Assembly: GCA_051532035.1 (NCBI GenBank)
Contig: JAOPTW010000037.1
Coordinates: forward strand, 15,053-79,052
From: Fibrobacterales bacterium
GTDB lineage: Bacteria > Fibrobacterota > Fibrobacteria > Fibrobacterales > JAOPTW01
Length of the DNA: 64,000 bases
Direction: 5' to 3'
Positions 20,031 to 28,616 of the stretch are shown here, piece after piece. Below the pieces are notes generated by a model, which saw only the letters and a list, made by a program, of their open reading frames with translations, searched no databases and had not been told where the DNA came from. A program made the translations under genes and the position numbers. Each line of letters starts with the position of its first letter. Position 1 is the first letter of the stretch.

Positions 20031-20325
20031 ATGCCCATATAACTGCTATTAGCCTGTTTTCATCCTATATGTATCTCTATTTTACTTGGAATTATGCGTT
20101 AAATCTGTTGTTAGAACAAAATAACGCATTATTCCATATATATGTAACATGATGGTAACATATATCGCATCTTATTCGTCTAATAATCAAATGGTTTAAT
20201 GGTTATAACGCTCTATAGTTGGATGTACAGAATAATTATCTGTATATGAGATAAAACAACAACGATTTTTACGTAATATTGTAATTTCAAGGATGTAGAG
20301 GGGGAGACTTAACAAAGATGGGAAC

Positions 20326-21600
20326 ATGCCAAGTCAACATGATAACGTTGAAAGACACATTAATAGTATATTAGAAAGTAGTTCAATCGAAGAGATCAAG
20401 GCACAGCTTGCGCCTAAAATGGATAATATTCCGCAACCGGTTGAACAGGGGTCTACTCCTGAAAATATCCTGAACCGATTGTCTCGACTTGCTCTTTCAG
20501 AAGAGTCTCAGAATTGTATAGCAGACTCATTTGCACTAGATCAGTCTGACCAATATTTTGGTAATATTGAAAATTTTATTGGATTAAGCAGAACTCCCCT
20601 CGGAATTGCTGGTCCACTGCGGATAAACGGAATGTATGCCAATGGTGACTACACTATTCCATTAGCAACAACCGAAGCTGCTCTTGTGGCATCATACCAC
20701 AGAGGGAGCACTGTTATTTCTATGGCGGGTGGGTGTACCGCCTTATTACTCAACGAGGGTATTAGTCGATCACCGGGTTTTATATTTAACGATTCGACAG
20801 ATGCATGTATTTTCATAGTATGGGTTCAAAAGCAGCTTGAGACATTTAAAAAAATTGTAGCGAACACAACGAACTATGGTGTTCTCACTGATATGAGAAT
20901 GACTATCGAGAGTAATCATGTCTATTTAGTTTTTGAATATACAACGGGAGATGCCTCGGGACAAAATATGGTGACTATTGCTACTCAAGAGATTTGTGAT
21001 TTCATTATTGCTCAGTCACCGATTACCCCCAATAAATCATATATAGAGGCAAATCTTTCTGGAGATAAAAAGGCAAGCCACCTTTCATTTCAAAATGTAC
21101 GTGGTAAAAAAGTTAATAGTGAGGTGGTTATTCCCTATGATCTCGTTAAAAAGAAGTTGAATACGACACCAAAAGATATTGTTGAGTACTGGAAGATTTC
21201 ATCCATAGGTGGAGTGTTAAGTGGAACCATTGGTTTTCAGGGGCATTATGCAAATGGGCTCACAGCACTCTATATGGCTTGTGGACAAGATGTAGCCTGT
21301 GTTTCAGAATCGGCAGTTGGTATAACCAAAATGGAAATTACAGAAAATAACGATCTATATGCCTCAGTAAATCTACCGAATATAATTATTGGTACAGTGG
21401 GAGGGGGGACGCAACTCCCTTCTCAAAAGGCATGTCTTGATATTATGGGGCTTGCGGGGGAAGGTAAGGCCCGTGCATTAGCAGAGGTTTGTGCAAGTCT
21501 CTGTTTGGCGGGCGAGATATCTATAATGAGTGCTATTACCTCAGGGGATTTTACACGAGCGCACAAAGTACTGGCGCGTAATAGAAACAGGAATAAATAA
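20326..21600 (+). CDS. Hydroxymethylglutaryl-CoA reductase, class I-like
   Basis: ENFIG, PLATTEAALVAS, TGDASGQNM, NLSGDKK, GQDVA, GTVGGGT and a C-terminal His (RAH). Confidence 0.9.
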   Translation: MPSQHDNVERHINSILESSSIEEIKAQLAPKMDNIPQPVEQGSTPENILNRLSRLALSEESQNCIADSFALDQSDQYFGNIENFIGLSRTPLGIAGPLRINGMYANGDYTIPLATTEAALVASYHRGSTVISMAGGCTALLLNEGISRSPGFIFNDSTDACIFIVWVQKQLETFKKIVANTTNYGVLTDMRMTIESNHVYLVFEYTTGDASGQNMVTIATQEICDFIIAQSPITPNKSYIEANLSGDKKASHLSFQNVRGKKVNSEVVIPYDLVKKKLNTTPKDIVEYWKISSIGGVLSGTIGFQGHYANGLTALYMACGQDVACVSESAVGITKMEITENNDLYASVNLPNIIIGTVGGGTQLPSQKACLDIMGLAGEGKARALAEVCASLCLAGEISIMSAITSGDFTRAHKVLARNRNRNK

Positions 21601-22550
21601 TGGCTGATTACTCTCTAAAAGATAATGACAAAAACTTTTTAATTCGTTTCTGGATATACCAAAAAGAGCGGTTTCCTTTTTTTCAACATGGCATTTTAAT
21701 TACTGCATTTGCCTTTTCGGCAGCAGCATATTCTCGTCTTTGTCGCGACTCTATCAGTTTTATACCTCTATCTACATTTATAGTTGGTGCGTTTACTGCA
21801 ATTGGTTTTTTCTTTTTACTCCGACTCTTTGATGAATTTAAAGATTATGAGGATGACGCTCGGTACCGCCCATATAGAGCAGTTCCTCGTGGATTAATAT
21901 CCTTCAAAGAATTAAAACTTATGGTTTTAGTAGTTATAGGGCTTATTGTCATTGTAAATGGGATTATATTACCCAAAATGCTTCCTGCCATTGCTATCTG
22001 TTTTGTATATCTTGGATTAATGACCAAAGAGTTTTTTGTCCCGGAGTGGCTTAAAAAACACCCGATGATATATATGGCATCGCACATGATGATCATGCCA
22101 CTGATTGACTTATATACTACAGGACTTGATTGGATGAATGAAGGTATTTCTCCACCGCATGGTGTTGAAGTATTTTTGATAGTTTCATTCTTTAATGGAA
22201 TAGTTATAGAAGTAGGCAGAAAAATTAGAGCACCTCAGGATGAAGAGGAGGGGGTTGAAACCTATTCTGCACTGTATGGTACGACACGTGCGGCACTCAT
22301 ATGGATAGCTGCTTTGGTTGTAACAGCTCTATGTGCAGTAATAGCCTGTTCACTAAACTCATACAGTTCTATCAGCATTATTATTTTATCAATTGTTTTT
22401 CCCCTAACGCTGTTACCAGCAATACTCTATTTGAAAAATGTATCAACAAAATCAAGTAAAAGAATTGAGCTTGCAGCGGGAGTCTGGACTATCGGCATGT
22501 ATTTAATTGTAGGCGCAACACCGCTTATTGTAAATCAGGTACTCTCATAA
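21600..22550 (+). CDS. UbiA-family prenyltransferase-like membrane protein
   Basis: Multi-TM protein; Asp-rich RLFDEFKDYEDD followed by RPYRAVPRGLIS; second motif RKIRAPQDEEEGVETYS; TAATG overlap with the upstream gene. Confidence 0.75.
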   Translation: MADYSLKDNDKNFLIRFWIYQKERFPFFQHGILITAFAFSAAAYSRLCRDSISFIPLSTFIVGAFTAIGFFFLLRLFDEFKDYEDDARYRPYRAVPRGLISFKELKLMVLVVIGLIVIVNGIILPKMLPAIAICFVYLGLMTKEFFVPEWLKKHPMIYMASHMMIMPLIDLYTTGLDWMNEGISPPHGVEVFLIVSFFNGIVIEVGRKIRAPQDEEEGVETYSALYGTTRAALIWIAALVVTALCAVIACSLNSYSSISIIILSIVFPLTLLPAILYLKNVSTKSSKRIELAAGVWTIGMYLIVGATPLIVNQVLS

Positions 22551-22551
22551 T

Positions 22552-25155
22552 ATGGATGTTATAACAACTATTACCGATGCTCATCAGCAAAATATTATTG
22601 GCACTAAAGCATATAATCTTCTGACACTCAAAAAAGAAGGGTACCCGGTACCACCACTTTTTGCGGTTACGACGAATGCTTTTAATCATTATGTCCCCAG
22701 AGAATGGTTTAATGATCTTGACGAAGTTGTTGGGCGTATCAATGGAGTACCATTATCACCAGAGTTTTGTAGTGAACTCAATGCAATGGTTGATGAAAAA
22801 AAGTATTACGCAGTACGATCATCAGCGATAGGCGAAGACTCAGAGGAACTATCGTTTGCGGGGCAACTCGACTCCTTTTTATATGTTAAGGGTAATGATA
22901 TTACACGACATGTCAAAAAAGTGTGGGCATCTGCATTTTCTGATCGTGTGGTTGAGTATCGCCGAATAAACGATATCGCCAATGATACCGTTAATGTTGG
23001 TGTGTGTGTCCAAGAGATGGTCGCTGCAGACGTTTCTGGAGTTGCTTTTGGCATTGATCCCGTGTCGGGTAATAGAAACGCAGTAGTGATCTCTTCGGTG
23101 TATGGGTTGGGAGAGGGCTTAGTTTCGGGGGAACTCGATGCAGATACCTATACCTATTGTATGAAACAAAAGAGCTGTATCTCTAAAGATATTGTAGAGA
23201 AAAATCAGGCGATAGTTATGGACGCCGAAAGTCAACAGGGTGTGACACGAGTCTCAGTTGAAAGTGATAGACAGTCTCTATCTAGTTTAACAGATGGCCA
23301 GATTAAGCAACTTGCCGAAACAACTCGTTCTATATCTGAGTATTACCAATCACCACAAGACATTGAGTGGGCTATTGCAAATGATACGCTCTATATTCTA
23401 CAAAGTCGCCCAATAACCAATATGTCCAATATCCCCGATAAAACGCAGCAGAAAAGAGTCTGGGACAACAGTAACATTACGGAGAGCTATGCAGGGGTTA
23501 CTACTCCTTTAACCTTCTCGTTTGTTCAAAAAGTATACACAAATGTATATGAACAATTTTGTTTGATTATGGGAGTTGAGCAAGAAGTGGTTGATGCCAA
23601 CACTCCCATATTTAGTATGCTCGGATTAATGAAAGGGCGTATTTATTATAATCTACTCAATTGGTATAAAGTACTCTCGTTACTACCCGGCTACGAGATT
23701 AATGCGTCGTTTATGGAACAGATGATGGGGGTAACTGAAAAAATTGAATTTAACCCCAATCTAACGTATAGCAAAAAGAACAAGTACCGTAGAGTAGTAG
23801 GCTTGTGTTATTGCACTATAAAAAACCTTGTATCACTTTCTAAAAGTGTAACGGCATTTCATGTGTTACTCGATGCGACTCTTAAGCCTTACACTAATGC
23901 TGATTATAGTAATAGCACAGTAGAAGAACTTATTGAGAACTATACTGACCTTGAAAAAAAGCTTTTAAAAAAATGGCAGGCACCGCTAGTTAATGACTTT
24001 TTCGCTATGATTTTTAGTGGTATATTAAAAAAACTTGTGGTTAAATGGGGGATTGACTCAAATGGATCATTGCAAAATGATCTGCTGTGTGGCGAAGGGG
24101 GGATTGTTTCGACCGAGCCAATCCGAAGTATTTTTGCCATCGTAGAACAAATAAAGAGTACTCCTCGTTTAAAAGAACAGATTCTTTCACTTCCAGCAAA
24201 AAATGTACTGGAGTCAATCAGTGAATATCCTGAAGTACACAGTGCAATAATAGAACATTGTAATGCATTTGGTGATCGCTGTGTGAATGAACTGAAGCTC
24301 GAAACTATTTCGGCTAAGCATGATCGGTCAAAAGTAGTGCAGCTTATTCAATCATATTTGAAGGTTAAAGTACTCTCTATTCAACCAGGACATGAAAAAC
24401 GAATTCGTGAGAGTGCTGAAAAAATAGTGCGTACCCATATGCGTTCTAAATTGGTTAAGAAAAGGATTTTTGGATGGGTACTCAATAAGACTCGGTTGCT
24501 CATTAAAAACCGAGAAAACTTACGCTTTGAGCGAACGAAACTATTTGCAGTGGTCCGAGAAATGTTTTTGGCAATAGGCCAAAAGTATGCAGCAGAACGT
24601 ACTTTGGAGTTTGATAGAGATATTTTCTATTTAAAAATTGATGAAATATTTTCTTTTGCCGATGGAACAGCGGTAGATTGCAATTTTAAAAAAATTGTTG
24701 CTGAGCGTAAAAAAGAGTTTGAAGAGTATGAAGGCGAAAAGGTTCCCGATCGATTTGAAACTTATGGTCCGGTAAATCAAACAAACTCTTTTGAAAGTAC
24801 TACCGAAACGGTTGTTGTAGATAGCTCAAGTTTGTGCGGCACCGGATGCAGTCCTGGGAAAATCAAGGGGACCGTTGTTGTGGTTACCGACCCAAACAAC
24901 TCATCAAATTTGGATGGCAATATTATGGTTGCCGAAAAAACTGATCCGGGATGGGCGCCTCTATTCCCTTTAGCAAAAGGGATATTAGTTGAGCGAGGAA
25001 GTCTGTTATCACACTCAGCAATAGTTGCTCGTGAAATGGGTATTCCTGCTGTAGTTGGTATTAAAAATATTATGACAATACTAAAAACCGGAGATGAAAT
25101 TGAGTTTGACGGCACAACAGGAGTCGTTAATATTCTTAAAAGGAGTGAGGGATAG
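22552..25155 (+). CDS. PEP-synthase / rifampin-phosphotransferase-like dikinase (ATP-grasp, substrate domain, C-terminal His-swivel domain)
   Basis: GTKAYNL, AVRSSA.GEDS...SFAGQ, DIEWA, LQSRPIT; C-terminal TDPGWAPLF and GSLLSHSAIVAREMGIPAVVG; no PEP-binding barrel after the His domain. Confidence 0.85.
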   Translation: MDVITTITDAHQQNIIGTKAYNLLTLKKEGYPVPPLFAVTTNAFNHYVPREWFNDLDEVVGRINGVPLSPEFCSELNAMVDEKKYYAVRSSAIGEDSEELSFAGQLDSFLYVKGNDITRHVKKVWASAFSDRVVEYRRINDIANDTVNVGVCVQEMVAADVSGVAFGIDPVSGNRNAVVISSVYGLGEGLVSGELDADTYTYCMKQKSCISKDIVEKNQAIVMDAESQQGVTRVSVESDRQSLSSLTDGQIKQLAETTRSISEYYQSPQDIEWAIANDTLYILQSRPITNMSNIPDKTQQKRVWDNSNITESYAGVTTPLTFSFVQKVYTNVYEQFCLIMGVEQEVVDANTPIFSMLGLMKGRIYYNLLNWYKVLSLLPGYEINASFMEQMMGVTEKIEFNPNLTYSKKNKYRRVVGLCYCTIKNLVSLSKSVTAFHVLLDATLKPYTNADYSNSTVEELIENYTDLEKKLLKKWQAPLVNDFFAMIFSGILKKLVVKWGIDSNGSLQNDLLCGEGGIVSTEPIRSIFAIVEQIKSTPRLKEQILSLPAKNVLESISEYPEVHSAIIEHCNAFGDRCVNELKLETISAKHDRSKVVQLIQSYLKVKVLSIQPGHEKRIRESAEKIVRTHMRSKLVKKRIFGWVLNKTRLLIKNRENLRFERTKLFAVVREMFLAIGQKYAAERTLEFDRDIFYLKIDEIFSFADGTAVDCNFKKIVAERKKEFEEYEGEKVPDRFETYGPVNQTNSFESTTETVVVDSSSLCGTGCSPGKIKGTVVVVTDPNNSSNLDGNIMVAEKTDPGWAPLFPLAKGILVERGSLLSHSAIVAREMGIPAVVGIKNIMTILKTGDEIEFDGTTGVVNILKRSEG

Positions 25156-25156
25156 T

Positions 25157-26266
25157 ATGGAAGAGTCTATAGAAAACAGGGCTGCTTTTGATATTATTCG
25201 GTATGCTAACTGCTGGGAAGATACAGAAGTGTTACTCAAAGGGATGAATATAGTTCCGGGAGATATTTGTTATTCAATAGCAGCAGCAGGGGATAACTCA
25301 CTCGCTATGCTCACAAAAGATCCGGCAAAAGTAATTGCCTTTGATTTGAGTATCGCTCAAATTGCACTTGTTGAATTAAAAAAAATAGGATTTAAAAAGT
25401 TAGAATACCCTGAACTGCTCACGTTACTGGGAGTTACCGGTAGACCTGAAGAGCGTATTGCTCTTTATAATGGTATACAATCAAATTTGTCACAGGAATC
25501 AAAAATATTTTGGGAATCACGCCTCCAAGATATTGCCCAAGGGGTTATTTATACAGGGAAGTTCGAAAAGTATTTTAAATTGTTTCGTGAAAAATTCCTA
25601 CCCTTTGTTCATACTAAAAAAACCATACAAAAACTTCTAGAAAAAAAATCATTTGATGAACAAGAGAATTTTTATGCAAAAAAATGGAACACGTGGCGTT
25701 GGCGATTAATGTTTAAAGTGTTTTTTTCAAAGTGGCTCATGGGTAAAGCCGGTAGAGATAAAGAGTTTTTTAAATATGTTGTTGATGATGTACCCTCAAA
25801 TATACACCGAAGAGTAGCCCATGCACTCACAAAAATATCATGTCATCAAAACAGTTATTTGAATTTTATTCTTACGGGTAGTTATAATGGTGTTCTTCCG
25901 TATTATTTAAGAAAAGAGTATTTTACTAAAATCAAAACCAATATTGATAATTTAGAAATACATCAAGCCACATCAAGTGAGGTATTTAAAAAGGTTTCTG
26001 GCACATTTGATGCGATTAATCTTTCTGATATTTTTGAATATATGAATCCCGAACTTTTTAAAAGAGTAGCAGATGAAATTCTTGATAATGCGAACAGTGG
26101 TGCTCGTTTGGTTTACTGGAATATGATGGTTCCCCGTAAGGTGTCTGAGTTATATCCAGAACGGGTACAATGTGATGAGATGTTATCTGACTCTTTATTG
26201 AGTGTTGACAATGCATTTTTCTACCAAAAGCTGTATGTTGATACCGTAAAAAGAGTTTGCGTATGA
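25157..26266 (+). CDS. DUF3419 / BtaA-like SAM-dependent 3-amino-3-carboxypropyl transferase
   Basis: Y..CWED, SIAAAGDN, D.S.AQ..L.ELK, GKFE, LSDIFEYM; start set at ATG 25157, 1 nt after the upstream stop. Confidence 0.8.
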   Translation: MEESIENRAAFDIIRYANCWEDTEVLLKGMNIVPGDICYSIAAAGDNSLAMLTKDPAKVIAFDLSIAQIALVELKKIGFKKLEYPELLTLLGVTGRPEERIALYNGIQSNLSQESKIFWESRLQDIAQGVIYTGKFEKYFKLFREKFLPFVHTKKTIQKLLEKKSFDEQENFYAKKWNTWRWRLMFKVFFSKWLMGKAGRDKEFFKYVVDDVPSNIHRRVAHALTKISCHQNSYLNFILTGSYNGVLPYYLRKEYFTKIKTNIDNLEIHQATSSEVFKKVSGTFDAINLSDIFEYMNPELFKRVADEILDNANSGARLVYWNMMVPRKVSELYPERVQCDEMLSDSLLSVDNAFFYQKLYVDTVKRVCV

Positions 26267-27612
26267 TTACTGAAAATGAAATAGTAAACATGATTATAAT
26301 CTCAGTAATATATTTAGTAACTTTTTCCGTTGCAGAACTCTGGCGATTGTTTTTTAAACCGAAAGTTGAATATACCAGAAAATTTGTACACTTAAGCTCA
26401 GGGCTCGTATGCCTCTCGTTTTCTTATGTTTTTGAATCTCATATAAGCATCGCCATTTTGGCTTCAATGTTTGCATTGATTATGATCGTTTCAAAAAAGT
26501 TTCATTTCCTTAAATCAGTTCATGGAATTAATCGAAAAACTCATGGAGGAATATATTATCCGGTTGCAGTGTACGGTACCTTTTTTATATCTACTCTTAT
26601 ACATCAGCCAGATTTTTATTTTATCTCTATTCTAGTGCTCTCTATATCCGATACATTTGCCGCATTTATTGGTGGTGCGTATGGAGTTAAGAAATATAAA
26701 GTTGAAGTAGATTCAAAAAGCGTTGAAGGCTCCTTCGTGTTTTTTATGTTAACCTTTATAATAATCCTTGTCTGTTTGTTGCTACTCACTGGTTTGAATA
26801 GACCTGTTTGTATTCTCTTAGCATTTTACGTTGGGATACTGATAACAATATTTGAGTCACTCTCTACAACGGGGGCCGACAATTTTTTTATTCCAATGGG
26901 TACCATAATGATATTGTATAATAATGCTCATAAGTCATGGGATATTATAGCAGTACAGATTGGAATAATGACCGCTGTATTGTTTGCGGTCTATTTTGTT
27001 ATGCGCGGTCAAAAAAAGATTGGTTCAACAGGAATTCTCGGAGCAGGGATCATATGTTATGGAAGTTGGGCACTGGTTAATGAGTCATGGGCAATGGTTA
27101 TCTTTATCGCAATTTGTATCTTCTCAATGAGTAAATTCTCAAAAATTGAATCAAGGTATCGCTACAGAGTTAAAACATCATTTTTCCTTTTCCTTATACC
27201 ACTTGTGTGGCTTGTTATTGCCCGTTATAGCACTTTTCACCAAAAATTTATGTTTGTACCTTATGTTATCTGTCTTGGCGGAATCCTCAGCTGTTTGTGG
27301 GGAAGACAAATAATTAAATATAAAGATATGCTTTCAAATTACTCTCCATTATACTCACTGAATAGTATCAAAAGAAGTGTCGTACTTACGGTTGTTTTTT
27401 TACCTGCCTACTTTATTACTGATGCATCCATAAATATTGTGTTAAGTATTCCGAGTCTTATTGGGGGAATCTTTTTGGTTGATTATTTAAGTAGAAAAGA
27501 GGTATATGGTAATGTAACACAAGCGGTTAAATCTCGGGTTATCATGTTGTATTCAGTTGCTGTTTCGGCTATAGTATTTGGATTAAACTACTACATCTAC
27601 ACAGGGTATTAA
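26263..27612 (+). CDS. Phytol/dolichol kinase-like (CTP_transf family) membrane protein with an extra C-terminal TM region
   Basis: RKFVHLSSG, SDTFAAFIG, KSVEGS, ADNFFIP; ATGA overlap at 26263. Confidence 0.75.
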   Translation: MITENEIVNMIIISVIYLVTFSVAELWRLFFKPKVEYTRKFVHLSSGLVCLSFSYVFESHISIAILASMFALIMIVSKKFHFLKSVHGINRKTHGGIYYPVAVYGTFFISTLIHQPDFYFISILVLSISDTFAAFIGGAYGVKKYKVEVDSKSVEGSFVFFMLTFIIILVCLLLLTGLNRPVCILLAFYVGILITIFESLSTTGADNFFIPMGTIMILYNNAHKSWDIIAVQIGIMTAVLFAVYFVMRGQKKIGSTGILGAGIICYGSWALVNESWAMVIFIAICIFSMSKFSKIESRYRYRVKTSFFLFLIPLVWLVIARYSTFHQKFMFVPYVICLGGILSCLWGRQIIKYKDMLSNYSPLYSLNSIKRSVVLTVVFLPAYFITDASINIVLSIPSLIGGIFLVDYLSRKEVYGNVTQAVKSRVIMLYSVAVSAIVFGLNYYIYTGY

Positions 27613-27614
27613 GA

Positions 27615-28616
27615 ATGGTAAAAGTTCTGAACCAATTATCAAAAATTGAGTTTGAAGATTATTTAGATACTCTTTCAACTGCAATATATAAGGATGACCC
27701 ATGTTTTGTAAAATCACCGGTCTCTATTACCTCTGCTCAGCATAAGTATTTTGTAGTTATTCAAAACGAGGTGGTGGTTGCATGCGCTATTGCCTTTATT
27801 GATAAGAAATTACAGTATAATGGGGTTGAGACTGGAGGGATAGGGTATTTTGAATCACTTGATGATATTCAATGTGTAAAATACCTCTTTACTCACATTG
27901 AGCAGTATTTTAAAGCTCACAGAGTTACAGAGTGTATTGGTCCAATAAATGGGTCGACATGGAATAAACACCGGCTCAATGCTCCTGATAGCGAACCTAC
28001 CTTTTTTCTTGATAACTATCACGCCCCTTGGTATTTAAATCTTTGGAAAGAGAGTGGATATCGTTCCATTTCAGAATATGAATCCACCTCTGTTAAACGA
28101 AACAATTTTTCATTTACTCGATTGAGTCGATTTTCAAACTATTATTCCAAGAAGAATATTACCTTCAGACCACTCTCGATTGATGAGTTTGAGCGGGATA
28201 TTGGATCAATATACTCTCTGTGTATTAAAAGCTTTGCTGATAATTTTTTATTTACTCCTATTGCCGATACTGATTTTCAAAAGATGTATTATCAGGCAAA
28301 AACATTTATTGACCCTCAGTGGGTGATACTTGCTGAAAATGGTGAAGGGGAGTTGCTTGCAGTGATATTTGCTGTCAAAGACGTGTACTGTACGACTTCG
28401 AAACGATTGATTATAAAATCTTTGGCTATTGATCCCGAAAAATCTCCTCGAGGGCTTGGTGCCTATCTTGTAGAATTATTGCATCAACAGGCGCATAATA
28501 CAGGGTATGATGAGATAATTCATGCACTCATGCATAAAAATAACATTTCTACAAACATTGTATCAAAGTCGAGTAGTAGTTTTAGAACGTATCATTTAAT
28601 GGGTAAAGAGTTATGA
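27615..28616 (+). CDS. Tandem GNAT-fold acyltransferase (YghO-like)
   Basis: GYFES, GPINGSTW..HRL, P.YL.LW...GY, C-terminal IKSLAIDP...GLG and ALMH..N. Confidence 0.7.
   Translation: MVKVLNQLSKIEFEDYLDTLSTAIYKDDPCFVKSPVSITSAQHKYFVVIQNEVVVACAIAFIDKKLQYNGVETGGIGYFESLDDIQCVKYLFTHIEQYFKAHRVTECIGPINGSTWNKHRLNAPDSEPTFFLDNYHAPWYLNLWKESGYRSISEYESTSVKRNNFSFTRLSRFSNYYSKKNITFRPLSIDEFERDIGSIYSLCIKSFADNFLFTPIADTDFQKMYYQAKTFIDPQWVILAENGEGELLAVIFAVKDVYCTTSKRLIIKSLAIDPEKSPRGLGAYLVELLHQQAHNTGYDEIIHALMHKNNISTNIVSKSSSSFRTYHLMGKEL

Noticed and set aside
20326-21600. Calling the locus a mevalonate-pathway operon
   Set aside because: No other mevalonate-pathway gene is in the window.
22552-25155. Assigning ppsA or rph
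   Set aside because: It lacks the PpsA C-terminal barrel, and the context is biosynthetic with no evidence of rifamycin specificity.
25094-25156. Upstream start for the DUF3419 gene
   Set aside because: It would overlap the dikinase by 62 nt; ATG 25157 follows GAGG and fits translational coupling.
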